DNA of 64,000 nucleotides from contig CM052828.1 in the NCBI GenBank assembly GCA_028534125.1, forward strand, positions 61,194,001 through 61,258,000. Direction: 5' to 3'. Position numbers and translations under genes: made by a program. Below the pieces are notes generated by a model that searched no databases, was not told the origin of the DNA, and saw only the letters and a program-made list of their open reading frames with translations. Origin of the DNA: Lama glama (Eukaryota). Positions 1 through 14,300 of this stretch are shown here, piece by piece; within the stretch, counting starts at the first letter, position 1; each line of letters begins with the position of its first letter.

Positions 1-3000
1 GGGGTCAGGGCGCCGCCGTCCCCACTGGCAGGACCCTGCCGTCTTCCTTCAGTGAGATCAGTGAGGTGGGTCGTTGATTTGTAGAATTATGGGGTGCTTC
101 TGCCAGAGATGTTGGGGTGCAGGCCTGGGGCCCTCCCCGCCTTGCTCTGGGTGGGAGTCCCGGCCCAGTCCGAGGTCACCTCCACTCGGGCAGCCCCTGT
201 TGGAGCTCAGCCACTCCCTTTGAAGGTGCTCTGATCCTGCTGTGCGTCCTGTGAGCGTGTGGGTGAGTCCCCAGGCCGATGAGAGCCAGAGACCAGAGAA
301 AAGGGTGGCACGTGTGGGTTTCTGAGGGGCGCTGTGCTGAGCCTGGTTTACCAGCCACAGGGGACTTGCCAGCTTGTCTGAAACACGCATCCTGAGTGTC
401 CTTTCACAGGCTGGGCCTCGAGGATGAAATTGGGGCCAACCCACTGTTTGCTTCGGTCCTTGGCGGCATGAGCTTGGACCCCTCGGCCCTTCCCCACCTG
501 GGCCACGAGGGGTGAGCTCTGCCCCTCTGGGTGACCCCAGGAAGACGTCTCCGGCCCTGCTCGTTTCTACAAGAGGCTTTTCGTGTTTGGAACTGATTTT
601 TGTCCATGTGGGAGGAAACGGGAGCAGCTCTGAATTGGTGTTAAAAAGCAGAAATCACAGCTGGGTGAGAGGTGCTGCCCAGGGACACCGGCTCTGAGGG
701 GTCTTTTGGGGGCACCTGGTGCGACACGTGGAGGGGAGGTCCTATTCCTTGCGCGGTCGCTGCGCTTTGCAGCCCCGCACGTCCGGCGAGGGAGGGCCAG
801 CCAGCAGGGGCTCCCGGAGCAGGAGGTGGGTGGTGCCCACCCTGAGCTGTGCCGTGGTTTCAGGTGCCACTTTCCTCGCATCCTCACCTTTTAAAAAGCC
901 CTTCCGCCTGCTGGTTAACCAGTTACCCCTCAGCGTGGAGCGGTTGGAAGGGTCTCGCTCGGAAGCCAGCCCTGGCTTCTCTCTCCTGCGGTTTCAGGCT
1001 GTTTGGGGGCGAGCGGGGACGGGCTGTGGATGCCGGGCTGCGCGGTCACTGCCGGCTGAGGGCCGGCTTCTGGGACGTGGAGTTGCGTGGGTGACTCAGA
1101 GGAGGCCTCACCCTGGCCGCTTCTCTCAGACGATCCAGGTTGTTTGGGCTTTGGCCACGGACGCCGCGGGGTCGGCGAGCAGGCCCACGGGGCCTGGTCT
1201 CGCTCTGTGGCTCGGTGCTGCTCAGGTACCAGCCAGGCCCCGTCCGAACGTGCTGTGCCGGGTGTTGGCTGCAGGGTGACAGGCTGGCCTCCTCTCTGTC
1301 TGTTGTCTGGACTCAGGACTCTGTTCATTACCCGGTTGTAAACGGGCGTTGGGTTTGATGGAAGGAACCCCTGGGTGTCCCCCAGGCTCTGACAGGCAGC
1401 GTCTCCTGACATGCCTGTACCTGGTGTCCTGTTAAGTAACATCGTGTCACCAGGGGCCTCGGAAGAGGGACAGCGAGCAGCTCTGCTCGACCCGGCGAGA
1501 ACCAGGGTGGAATTCTGCCCGGAAGTCAGCCTGACCTTCCAGACCTGCCCCCGGCTCGGCCTGCCCTGGCCTCCCTGCCCAGGCGGCAGTGCGGGGGTGC
1601 CGGCTCCCTCCGGGGTCGCCCTCCGGAGGCTGGGCCGCTCGCAGGTGTCGTTCTCGTAGTAAGTGTGAGCTTTGTCTTTTGTGCCGAGTGTCCCATCAGA
1701 AACTGTGGTTATCCTTTCAGCAGGGCTTCCGCAGGGAACAGTTCAGGTCGTGTTTCTTGTGCTTGTCAACGTAACGTCAGTCGTACCAAAGTTAGAAGCC
1801 CCAGGAAAAGAAAAAGGGAAAAGGAACCCAGCTGGTGTGTCAGAGGGGTTGCTAGGATTTTGAGTTTGCTGCTGTTGGATTTTCCCTTGGTCACACAAAG
1901 ATACGGACGTCCACCACCCTCTTCACGTCAGTGAGAGCCAGTATTTCCCCGAATCAGCATTTTTTCCTACCATGTCGTTTTTAGTGGCTGAGCGTTTATT
2001 TGACCCGTTGGGAGTTGTAGATGGTCGTTTATTGAAAAAGCGGCCTGAAATGGGAAATACTGAAAACTGGTACGTCCCTACACACCTTTGAAAGCCAGAC
2101 AGGCGAATGCTCACCCCATCCTCACCCCTTGCCCTTTGGGTGTAGAGCGAAGGCGCTTTCTCGGGGAGCAGGTCCGCTGCTGGGAGTTCCCTGCGTAAGC
2201 CGCAGCCCGCAGTGCCCGATTCTGATTTCTGCAAGTGGCTGAAGGACATACGTAGACATTGGAGACACTGAATGCAACCATGCAGAGTGTTTTCAACGTT
2301 TCCTGGCTTTTGACAACACGCCGAAGCCTCACACGTGTGTTTAAAGTGAGCACAGCTGAGTGGTGGCCAGAAGGCGGGTCACCTGAGGGTCCCCAGGGTG
2401 GGGGCTGGTTAATGCAGCAGATGCGCTGTTCCACCATGTCCCCTTCCATCCTGGCATCAGAGATTCCGGTAGTTTCCAGTTAAATCTCTCAAGTTCGCAC
2501 AGACCCATGGTGACCCTCAGGTTCTGAAAGTGTGGCTCTGGGTGGACACCTCACGTGTGCAAGGTCGCTGGGCTGTGGTCGGTGACTCTGAGATGGTCGT
2601 GCCGGTTTGCACGACTTCCGTCAGGTCGCAGGAGAGAGCCCACTTTAACGTCCCAGCGTCAAAGCTGAGTCGGGTAACAACTTAAAAAACCCGCACAGCG
2701 CGCGCCACTTGGTAGGTGAGAGTTTAAATTGCATTGTTTTAGTTTGCATTTTTCGGTTTAGAGTTTGGATATTTTCCTCTTAAACAGCGTTTCTTTGTGA
2801 TCGAGGAGCATGCCCTGTGCCCGTCCTCTGTCTGGGCGCTGACTTCCTGCCCGTTGCCTCCACTGCAAACACGGGGACGCTAAACCTTCGTGTCACCACA
2901 GCAGAAAGCTGGCGTCAGTTCTGTTGCTCAGCACCAGTGGTCAGGGACGGTCGTTCCAGCGTGAACCCGTGGAGGACACACCTTGGGTTCACACCGTGAA

Positions 3001-5243
3001 GTTCCCCGTTGGGTGCGGGCAGCTTCTGGTGTCTGGATGTCAGGCTGCACCTCCTCTGTGGTCTGAGGCCGCCAGGGTCTTTCTGCGTCCCTGCCCCTCC
3101 TGGGGGTGGGTGGTCTCAGCCCTGGCTGGTCCTCTCTCTGCTTGGGGGGTTCGTGCCCGAGTACCCAGCGTGGGTCTGATGTTTGCTGTCTGTTTGCTTT
3201 TCAGGAAAATCAGGGTTTGCGTGCAGATCCCTTTTGCCAAGTTGATGGCATCTGAATCCTGTTTTGCAGGGAAGTGGGGTGAGGGGGAGGCTGTGCTGGG
3301 TTTGGGAGCCGGCATGCTTGCCGTTTGCTCCAGGTGAGGGCGCGCCCTCCTGGAGGTGGCGTTGCTTTAGCGCTGCCTCTGAAAATCTCTCGTTTTCTAA
3401 GTTTAGGTGTCTTGTTTGAAACCACGTGCAGCGTGACAGACAAACGTTTGCCTTAGTGTTGCCCCGGAGTCGCCTGGGAGTTAGGACGGCCGTGGGCTCG
3501 GGGTGTCCTTCCTCGTTCTCGATGCTCCCCGTGCCGTGCCCCCAGCACACTCGCCATGTGGGCTCAGGGAGGTCACAGAATTAGAGTCTGGGGGCTTTTC
3601 CACTGCAGGGAACGTTGAGCCCTGCTGTAGTCTGAGGGGTCAGCAGGGCACTTCCAGGGGAAGAGGACGTGGTGGGGCCCCCCTCCTCCCACAGGTGTAG
3701 CCCTGCTTCCTAACACACTCGAAGCTGGCTCCGGGGGGCTGCAGGACCCGCTTTGACTTGGGGTGGGAAGGGGAGGGTCTCGGGCAGCCTCAGGCCCCAC
3801 CCCCCATGGCGACGGTGGCACCGTCCTCCCTGGTTTGAGTGATGTATCAGTGACATGTGGCCCAGGGGCTCGGGACTCTGCCGGGTCCTCGTTTGTGCCA
3901 GTCCTTCCCTGGGGGGACCCGTGGGGGGTGTCCCTGCCATCCCGTGGCCCCGGAGGAGAGCTATCCTTGTGCGCCCGGGCTGATGGTGTGGCTGACGGAC
4001 GGTGTGTCGTGTGGCCCGGCTGACCCGCCGTCTGCAGGATGAGAGGAGAGGGATGTGCCTGCTCGGCCACCATCCCTGGTAGACAGACCAGTGTGGGCAG
4101 CCTGACAGCTGCTCCCTGCAGCCACTTTTCAGCTGGCCTGGGACTTGGTCCAGGCTGGCAGTGGAGAGGCGTTGCCACGGCCGGTCTCAGAAGGTGTGCT
4201 GGGAAGAGGCTCCCGCCCGGGGCTGCGGCCCCAGCTGTGTGTGGGCGGACGGGGCCCAGGGTGGGCGGGGCGTGAGGGGCTGTGCTGCCCGGGCCCCCCA
4301 GGGCTGGGTGGTGTGGGGCTGCACCCAGATCCCTCTGCTTTCACGCCTGGCTCTCGTGTGCAATGTGTGCTTTGGTGTGTATGCCCGTGTGTGTCCATTT
4401 GCGTGCGCGGTTGTGTGTGTAGGTGTGTGTGCATGTGGTGGGCGTGGCGTGTGTGTGTTGTCTTTGTGTGCACGCACGCACGTCAGGTCAGGTGGCAGAG
4501 CTGGGTTTGGGCCCCTTGCCCACAAGCAGAGCCCCGTGTCCCTTGGTGGGGACGCGGACAGAGGATACTCAGCAGAGGAGCCCGTGGCCCCCGGGTGTGG
4601 GATCTCAGTGCAGGCAGTGCGGTGCCCACACTGGGCGGTGGACTTCAGGCCCGTCAGGGGAGCAGGTCCCACTGTGTCCCGCCCCGGAGGTGTCCCGGCG
4701 ACAACCCAGTGGCCCTGGGCCCTCCAGAGCAGGTGTTGGGTGCACAGGCCTCTCTCAGCCCATGTTTGCCTTTGCCTGGCTGGGCCTGACCGTGAGGCTG
4801 CCTGCATCCCTGCACGGTCGCCTGGAGACAGGATAGGGCCCCGGGGTCACAAAGGGGAGGGTGGATGAAGTGGGGCCCCCACTAGGCTCCTTCTGGGCCC
4901 GGGGGTGGCTGTCCCCACGTGGGGGCGACGTGGCCAAGCTGCAGGTCCTTGTGGGGCTCTCCGGCTGGATCAAGGTGATGCCCTGCGGTCACGCCTCTGC
5001 CATCCTCGGACGTGACCCTTGAAGTGACGTGCGACCGGTGCCTGGAATACGAGTATTCCACGGTGTCTTAGGCTAAGCTTGAGAGGCTGGAGCCTTCACG
5101 CGCTCTTGTTTATGCTGATTGTCGCAACAGGACCGACGGGTGAGGGCCCTGCATGCGGCCCTGCGGGGGTGACGGGGATTGTCAGCAGGGTGACCCCATC
5201 CCGCCTGGCAGTCCTGTTCATTCTGTTGTTGTTGCTCCCGCAG

Positions 5244-5310
5244 GCCGGCCTGATTGAAGCCAACGGGGAACTCAAGGTCTTCATAGACCAGAACCTCAGT
5301 CCTGGAAAAG
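5244..5310 (+). CDS. TFDP1: TFDP1 coding exon ([22 protein letters not shown])
   Basis: cag|GCCGGC ... GAAAAG|gtaagg; 67 nt. Confidence 0.96.
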
Positions 5311-8300
5311 GTAAGGGCGCCTGTCTCGGGGCCGCACGTCTGTGGAGCAGCGTGTTCCCTGTTACGTGTTGTGTTGTGTATGTGTGTGTGTGTGCGTGTG
5401 CGTGCACGTGCCTCTCTGGCCGTGGGGCCCAACGGCCCGGGCTCGGCAGCCCTCAGAACTCAGACAGCTGCGCCCACTGTGCATGCACGTCTGTGGCCTG
5501 GTTTATTTTGGTTTGTAAGTTGAACGCTATTTGCAAAGATTCAGGAAGCGTGGAAAAGTATGGGGGAGTAACCGCAGGTCACGTGCCTTCCCTCCGTCTT
5601 GCACCCGGCCCGTGTGAGCCGCGTGTGTCTGCGCCACTTGGGGCGTCTGTCACGGCCCCTGCCCGGGGCCCAGAGCTCGCAGCTCCTCCCTAAAGACGAG
5701 GTGGGCCTGCCAGCAGGTGCGTCTGAGGCAGCGGCTCCTCAGACATGGAGTCGCTCCATCAGGCAGATGCCGCCGTTCTGTCTTTTAAAAATCTCTCACA
5801 TGTCAAAGACAGTTTTTAAAACATTTGCTCTTGTTAAGATGCAGGTCTCTGCTTTTAGAGGAAAGTAAAACTCAAAGCGGAGAAGCCTGCTTCTGCTTAC
5901 AGCAGATAATGTAAATGTTGTCGGTGTCGGTTGGTAGAAGTGTCGCTATTCAGGCAGTCGAACTGCAGGAAGAGTATCTGTCCCGACCAACTGGGTTACT
6001 AAGAGAGCCACTCAGTGTTCACGTGTAGCAGCGAAATTCATTGTTCTTTGGAGCTGGAAGAAGTCTGTTCTTTAAAATGCATGGCCTGAAAGGGGTTCAG
6101 AAGTGCACTTTCCGTCCAGGCTGCGTTGAAGACCACGCTGGAGGTGATGGTGAGCTGCAGCCGGGGGACGTGAGGCAGAGGCCTCTGCTGACAGCCTTTG
6201 TGTGTGGCCCTGCCCGCAGACCCCCTCGGGGTCCCGCAGGGAGTCCCCCTCCCTTGCGGTGAGGCCGTCCAGGCCCTTCCAGGGTGGCGGGCCAGTGCCC
6301 GGGGGCTTGCTGTCACGCTGACCGTGTTTTATTTATTTCTGTAAAACGAAGCTCTTCTTGTTCCGTACCTGCTGCATCCCCAGGCCCGAGGCGGTGCTGC
6401 CAGCAGGCGCTCTCCGCGGGCCCTGTTGTGGAAGGAGCGTTTCCGTCCCTGCCTGGACTTTCCCCCTGCTCAGTGTTAGCTCGTCTGAGGTGCAGAGAGC
6501 CGGCAGCGTGCTCAAAGGTGTTCTTCCTGGAAGTGGAAACGTGGCTCTGCTTCTCAAGGAGAAGTGGATTGTTGAATTTCTAAACTAGTTTTGCAAACAT
6601 ACAGAGGAGTGTTGGAACACAGGTTAATTCTAGTTTGAAATTCTGTAATTGTCACAGAATTGTAGACTTTTAAGTGCGGTTACCTCCAGGTCCTGTGGTC
6701 CCACCAGAATATTCCGTAGGCGGGCAGACAGCCCACAGGGGTGGGGGCAGACGGGTGACAGCCTGGGCCGCGACCCCTGGGTGCGGGGCTGGGGGAGGCA
6801 GTGTCCCTGCAGCCCCCTTTGGGTTGGAGGGTTCGGCTCGTTGAGTGTTTGCAGCTGAGCCGTGGATCTGACCTGAGAAGAGCGGGCACAGGACGGGTGT
6901 CTCATGAGAAGCGCCCAGAACTCCCCTGGAGCCTTCACTCAGGAGAGACGTGGCCTCTGGTTTCCTTGCATTGCAGGTGTGGTGTCCCTTGTAGCTGTCC
7001 ACCCCTCCACAGTCAGCACGCTTGGGAAGCAGCTGTTGCCAAAAACGTTCGGACAGTCCAACGTCAACATCGCTCAGCAAGTGGTAAGGCCTCCTGTGCG
7101 GCCCATGGTGCTGGGCCGCCCCTTCCTTGGGCTCAGGAGCTTGTGGCTAGGGTGCCGATGGTTTCCGAGTGCTGCGTGTCCTTCCCTGGCCCGGGCCTTC
7201 CTGTCCTTACGGCAGGACCGGCCAGGGCAGCTTGCCTGCCAGCTGCACGTGCCCCGCCAGCCTCTGTGGTCCTGGACCTGCCCTGGTGGGCGTTTCCCAG
7301 GTGGCCCGTGTGCTCAGGTAGAGTGGCCTGAGGTGGGGGGCGGGGGGTGGACCGCTCCTCAGCCTTGACCCTCCTCAGGGTGGCCTTCCTTGCCTGCCCG
7401 GGATACGGGCTGGTGTCCGTGGGGCCCTCGTGGTGGGGTCAGGGGTCTGCAGGCCGTTAGGCACTGCAGGACAGGGTGTCCCTGCTCATCCTGGCTGACG
7501 GACCCCTGTGCCGGGCACCCTCTCCCCCGAGCACCCACACCAGCCCGTCAGCTGCTGCCTGTGGGTTTGGCAACGCTTACCCTGGCTCGGGGCCCCGCGC
7601 GGCCGGGAGGAGGGCATTCTCTGCCCCGGCTGCCTTCCCGGCCCGTGTCCAGATGACCCCCCAGGCCCGGGTGTGGTGGCGTCCGGCTGAAACGCCGTGG
7701 TTTTCAAATCGATAGTTTGTAGAGATCCTGGACCTGACTCGGCCTCACGCATGCTCAGTAAACCTTGGTGGAAGGTGAAGGTTCCGTTTTGTGTTTTGCT
7801 TTGCGACCCGTAGCGTCTCGTCTCACAGGTGCTGTGTGTTGTCGCAGTCACACCTGAGAATAGCTCAGTCGTTACAAGGCTCGGCCTTTGCTGCCGGTTT
7901 GAATAACGGGGGGGGAGTAACATGAGATTTTCCGGTTGGTGCGCCTTCCGACCGTCAGCTTTACGAGTCTGAAGGCTTCGTCCCTTGTTTGGACCCCCGC
8001 CCCGTCCTGGAGCAGAGGTAGGGCCGGGAGTCCATCCTCCGCAAGGTACCCGTTGAGTGAGCTGAAGCTCACGCATCCCAGGTGCCGCTTCGTCTTTGCG
8101 CTCAGGAGGTTGGAAATGAAAGGGCTGGCTGGTCTCACGGATGGCTGAGGCCTCTGCGTCCTGAGCGAGACCGTCAGCTGGCCGTCTGCTCTCCTCGTCC
8201 CCCGGCTGGCGGGCCAGGCTTGGGGTCCCGGTCAAGACTGAGGGGGGCCCACAGGCGGGATTTCCCTGAAAAATGGTGACAACGGGAAAAAGCCCGCAGT

Positions 8301-11300
8301 GTCCACCGTGAGGCTGTGGGTAGCGGCCAGTGGGCAGGCGGCGCCCACCTCTCACACCTGCCCTGTCATCGGGGAAGGCCACTTGGAGTGAGTTGCTGCT
8401 GAGTGCCTGCCGTGTGCCGGCTCTCTGTCCCCACCGCAGAGCACTTGGACCGAGAGGGGTGCCACACAGTGGGAGGATGGTGGCGAGGCCCTGGTGTCCA
8501 GTGGGGCACTGACCCTGAGTTGGGTCCCCACCTGGGGGAGCAGCAGCACGTGAGGTCAGCCAGCCTCGCCTCTGCCAGCCAGGCAGGCGGGTCCTGGGTG
8601 CCCTCTGAGGGTGTGACGGCTCTGCGGTCCCCAGTCTGCTGACCGTGGCTCTGGCCGACTCACCTCCCTGTGACCTGGGGCCCTGTCTCTCACACACTCC
8701 TCGTGAGGCCCGCACCTCTGCAGGTGGGCCTCACCCCTCCTGTTGCATTTTTTAGAACTCTCGCTGTTTGATTCCGTTTTTTGAGTGAGAGTAACCTGCA
8801 CTTTGAGGAAGGCTGCGGCGAGGCCAAGCCGCTGGGAACGTGAATTAAAAGAATGAAATTCAGCTGAGCTGTTTTTTTCTATGGTTTGTGGATCATTAAC
8901 ATTGACAGGTGACCTGGGCTTAGGGATAATATACAAAGTGCCAGGTCAGCTGTCCCAGGGCCATGGCAGGCAACACTTATCCCGCTAAGACGCGGACTCT
9001 CCGGAGTGTCCAGCTTAAAATAGCCCGGACACAGCCTCCCTCTGCGGCTGCCTGGCCCTGGAGAGCCGGTGTTGGCACGGTTGGCGACGTCACCATGTTG
9101 TGAGGCCCTCCTGTGGGGCCGCCGAGACGCAGTGCTTCTGGGTGGCTCCTGGTCTGCAGCGGCACCTCTGAGAAGCCGGACACGGCTGTTGTCATGTCCC
9201 TGTGTTCACGCTGCAACAGTTGTTGACGGGGCCAGAGTTCTGAGTGCTTGTTTGTGTCCCGGGGGCAGCAGGACCCTGCCTTTGCCCCCAGTGCGGTGGC
9301 CTCCCTCCCCGTTGCCCTGTGCCGTTTGGGGTGCCCGGGCCTCCACACTTGGGTGGGCTGGTGGGCACCGCAGCCAGTCTCACTGGCCCCGTGTTCCTGT
9401 TTCTATTTTTCGGGTTGGTTGTACCACCGCTGGAGCAGGGTTCATTCCTGTCCATGTCAGTAAAAGGAAAGGAAGTTAAAGAGTCAAAAGCTGCAGGCCC
9501 ACTGTTGACGGCTCCCACGGGCTGGGTCTCCTGCCATGTCTGTGTGGCTGGAGGAGGTGCCTGAGGTCAGCCAGGGAGGTGGAGGTGCTCAGAGCAGGAG
9601 GGAGGTCGTGGACCACGGTCCAGTGTCCGCCGGCACATGGGATCGCTGCTTCCCTGTCTCTGGGGTTAATGGAACTCAGCAGCGGCCGTAGGTAGTGAGA
9701 AGTTGTACATGGGGCTCTCTGACTGATCTGAATCATCTCTTTGACTGTAGGTGATCGGCACGCCCCAGAGACCTGCGGCACCCAACACGATCGTGGTCGG
9801 AAGCCCCCACACTCCTAACACTCACTTTGTGTCACAGAACCAGCCTTCAGACCCCTCACCTTGGTCTGCCGGGTGAGCATGCACCGAGGTTTACCCCAGC
9901 CTCTGTGCCTGCGCGGGCCAACCACCCTGCCGAGGACTGGGAAATGCCGCGCACTCCCAGAGCGAGTGTGTGTGCGTGTCTGTGTGCGTGTGTGTGTGCG
10001 CATGTGTGTGGTCCCGGCGAGGCTGGGCTGTGGAAGAGCCCCGTGTTCCGGGGTGGGGTGTGGCTACACTGAAGAAGAGGAGGAAGCTGGCTGTGTAACG
10101 CAGTGGTGACTCTCACACTTGGTGTCCAGACCAGAAAGTGGCGTTTAGCAAAGCGCAGTAAACGTGGTGGCCCCGCGGCAGCTTCCCCTGCTGCGCCTGC
10201 ACACGGCCAGGGGGACGGCCCCCCACACGTCCCCGGACCCTTTCTTCCACTGATTGGTTGTACTTGAGGGTCAGCTGTACGGCTTTCCTTAAAAACAGAC
10301 AAAAGCTAAGCGTTTGTGTTGGTTCTAAAGCGAAAATCATCGGTGCCCGGAGTCCATCAGCTAAACCGGGGGGGCCTGTGCTCCGTGTGGCCGCTTGGGA
10401 GGTTCAGAGGAAGCCCGGATGCGGGGCCTGCCTCCCCGTCGGCCGCGCTCTGGGGCTGTCCTGCCCCCGCCCTGCCTCTCCTCGGCCGCCCGCGTGCGCG
10501 CCGAGCCCTGACTCCGGCGGGGCTCCCGTAACTGTTGGTGCCGGTGGCGTCTTCTTGAGCAGGGCGCCAGGTCTCAGCAGGGGTGTCCTGGGTCCCGCCC
10601 CCGGGGACGTCTGCTCTCCCTTGCCGGGAGTCGGACGTGAGGTCTGGCCGTGTCCCAGCCCTGCGTGCGCCGCCCCGGGCGGGCGCCGGCCCTGCTGGCA
10701 CTGCTGCGCTGAGGCCGTGGCTGTCCCATCTCGTGTCTCTGCAGGAAGCGGAGCAGGAAAGGGGAGAAGAACGGCAAGGGGCTGCGGCACTTCTCCATGA
10801 AGGTCTGCGAGAAGGTGCAGCGCAAGGGCACCACGTCCTACAACGAGGTGGCAGACGAGCTGGTGGCCGAGTTCAGCGCCGCCGACAACCACATCCTACC
10901 CAGCGAGTCGGTGAGTGTGCGGAGGCAGGCCGCCCGCCGGTGAAGGAAGCGGTCGGGCCGCGCGGAGGTTCTGAGGGATGTTTTCCGCCCTGTTTGTGGG
11001 GTGACGCCCGCAGCCCCAGTGCTTTTGTGCGCAGCCCTGCCCGCCTGGCTGCCAGCGAGGTGGGTGCCCCCCCACCCCGTGGGATGTGTGCCCCGAGGGC
11101 ATTCGGGGCCTGACGTCCGACATCGGGAAACCCCTCTACATCCCCGCAGGCTTACGACCAGAAGAACATAAGACGGCGCGTCTATGATGCCTTAAACGTG
11201 CTCATGGCCATGAACATCATCTCCAAGGAGAAAAAGGAGATAAAGTGGATCGGGCTGCCCACCAACTCGGCGCAGGAGTGTCAGAACCTGGAGGTACCCC

Positions 11301-14300
11301 TGCCCTCGGCTCCGTGTGTGTGTGCAGCAGCCGCTCCCCTCCACGCCACCAGCACCTGCTGGGTCTCGTGCTGTCGTGTCTGGACCCGGCGGGAGGGTGT
11401 AGGGTGCTCTGTGTCCTGGGCCCCTGAGGGGCCTGCTTTCCCCCAGTGGGCCCAGCACTGCAGGCACGGTGGGTGGGGTGGTGGGCTCCAGGGTGGGTGA
11501 GTCTCGAATCCAAGCTTGCGGGCGTCTCGTTAAAAATCACAACACGTCCAGGAAACGGGGAGACAGAAGGAGGCTGTGTGGTGCTGAAGATTAAGAAAGC
11601 CCCGTGCTGGCAGCAGCCTCCATGTCCCTGCGTTAGGACCTGCCTGGGGACGGTGTCGCCTGGGGCTTTCACGTGTGCGTGTGGAACAGGTTGCGATGAT
11701 GCCTCGTGTTGGTGGTTTGTCTTTGAAGGTAGAGAGACAGAGAAGACTGGAGAGAATAAAACAGAAACAGTCCCAACTCCAGGAACTTATCCTGCAGGTA
11801 AGGACACGCTCGTCCTGCAAGCAAGGTGGTCTGTTGCTCCTGCTGCTTTAGTTCCTCCTCAGCTGCAGTGTCTGCACATCTCTGTGTTTCAGCAAATAAA
11901 GTCTCTACTCTGAGATTCTGAATACAGGTTCCATGAACGTTCACTGAGCTCGTCCCATGCGGACGTCGTGGACACAACGAGCCCTCAGGGACGTGGGCCT
12001 TGATCTGAGAGGGTGCATGCGTGTGTGTGCGTGTGAGCCTGTGTGTGCGTGTGAGCGTGTGTGTGTGTGCATGTGTGCACACGTGTGCCCACGTGCCTTT
12101 ACATGGGTGCATAGGTGTGTGGGCCCGCACATGTATATTCATGCACGTGCGTGTGTGCCTGTGTGTGCATATGTTCGCGCATGTCTGTGCGTGTGTGCAC
12201 CTGCCTGTTGCTCGTCAGGAGGTGTCTGGGTGGCAGGTGGGCTGGCCCCCGAGGGACAGTGTGGAAGGACTCTCCAGGACACGTGTGTCCTGTGTTCTGA
12301 GCGCCGGGCCCCAGACTGTGTGAGATGAGGTGGGTCCGCGTGTGTGGTCAGAGGACAGGCGGCAACACAACCCTGCCCCGCAGACACGTGTGGTCGGTGA
12401 GCCTGCGGAGACGTCACCGAGCACAGCCGCACCCCTGTGGAGTCCGGGAGGCCCGTGCTCTGGGTCGGAAGCAAGCGTGTGTGAGGGGTTGCTGGAGGGT
12501 GGCTCATCCCTGGACTGAGAGTGTGGTGCTGGGGCTGCCCGTAGGCCGTGGGTCAGGGAAGAGAAGGGTTCACAAGATGCTTATTGGCCCTGCTTAGGTT
12601 GGAGGGCGTCAGGGAGTCTCAGGACCCTGTGGGCGGACTGTCCAAGAGCCAGAGGGCTGGGGGTGTTGAAAGCTGTGACAGCAGGTGGGACCCTTGGGCA
12701 GAAGTGCAGAGGGTCTGAGGAAGGCCACTCTGCGGAGGGTGGGGATCTCCACCCCAGGAAAGGCCGGCAGGGTCAGTGTGGGGTTTGGGGCATCTGCCAG
12801 CCTGGCGTCCAGGACCCAGCGGAGGAGGGTGTGCATCTTGCCCCGGCAGGTCTGTTCAGCACGGGGGCCCTTGAAAGAGGGGCCTGGGCCCTCCTTGGGG
12901 ACCGTCCCAGGGGGTGCTTTGTCGGGTAGGGAAGGGGCCGCAGGGCCAAGGGGGCAGGTGGACAGACGGAGGAGCAGGTGGGCGCAGGTCCACCAGGGAG
13001 GGGAGGGCATGCCGGGCAGCGGCCCCTCCTGGCTCCCAGGTTCTCCCACTGAGTCCCCAGGGATGGGCTGTGCTGCTTGAAAAGCATCCTAGTCACTGGC
13101 TCCCTCCTCCGGAGCTGTCGCTGGGGAGAAGCCGGTGGGGGCACTTCCTGGCTTTAACTCAGGGGCAGGAGAGTTACCCTGAGGGTGAACTCAGTTCTAG
13201 CTGAGGCCCCAGGAGAAACAGCCTTTACTGCCAGGCTGCCTGGCACATCGGCGCTCCTGGGGGCCCCGTAACTTGAGGGTGGGACGGCGGGGGCTCTCAG
13301 ATCTACCCAGAGCGGCAGGAGGAGCGGAGCCTCAAGTCAGCGCTTTTCCTTTAGCCGCCCCCACCCCCCGGCTGCGAGACGTGTGCCCAGGTGGCCTGAG
13401 TGCCCGCGTCCCCAGCTTCCTCCAGACGTGTGGTGTGTGGACGTTTTCTTTGCTGGGTGACTCCTTGGGGCTGCCGCCCCGGCCACTCTGATCTCTAAGA
13501 GGGGGACCAGAACCCCTTGGCGTCGGGTGGGCTCTGGAGGGTGTCAACGCTCAGGGAGGGTAGCTGTTCGGTGACAGCCTGTGTGAGCCGTGTCGGTCAT
13601 GCGTCTTTTCAGCAAATTGCCTTCAAGAACCTGGTGCAGAGGAACCGGCAGGCGGAGCAGCAGGCCAGCCGGCCGCCCCCGCCCAACTCGGTCATCCACC
13701 TGCCGTTCATCATCGTCAACACCGGCAAGAAGACCGTCATCGACTGCAGCATTTCCAACGACAAGTAGGTCTGGGGCCGCCCTCGGCTGATGGAAGGCGC
13801 TGTCTGGTCCTTTCGGTGTCTGACTTACAGTCGTCCCGTCTGGGCTCCTCGCAGGATCAGTGTGCCCTCTGCGTCTCACTTCCCTTGTGACGCGTCCCCT
13901 TGAGGAGGACGGCGAATCCAACCCATGGGCTCTGGTCAGGGCAGCTGTTCAGTCCGTCCTGGGGGCCGTGGACTCCCCGGCCGGGCCCTGCCCAGCGCGG
14001 AGGTGCGGCCGGAGCCCCTCGTGCAGCGGCCCCGGCGTTGATGTGCTGTGTGACTGAGGAGGGTTTGGGGCAAGTGGGGTGTCCGCTCGGGGCCCCTGAG
14101 CTGTGTGTGCATCTCAGAGATGGTGCTTTTCTGACCATGACCTTCTCCTCCAGGTTTGAGTATCTGTTTAATTTTGACAACACGTTTGAAATCCATGACG
14201 ACATCGAGGTGCTGAAGCGCATGGGGATGGCCTGTGGCCTGGAGTCGGGGAGCTGCTCTGCCGAGGGCCTGAAGGTGGCCAGGAGCCTGGTGCCCAAGGC

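Noticed and set aside
1-5243. TFDP1 first coding exon (ATGGCAAAAGAT) or a separate gene
   Set aside because: Not found. The region looks like GC-rich TFDP1 intron, and its many short overlapping ORFs lack coding hallmarks.
7486-8715. 409-aa minus-strand ORF in a TFDP1 intron
   Set aside because: Low-complexity Pro/Gly/Arg composition, no recognisable domain, non-ATG start; consistent with GC-rich noise.
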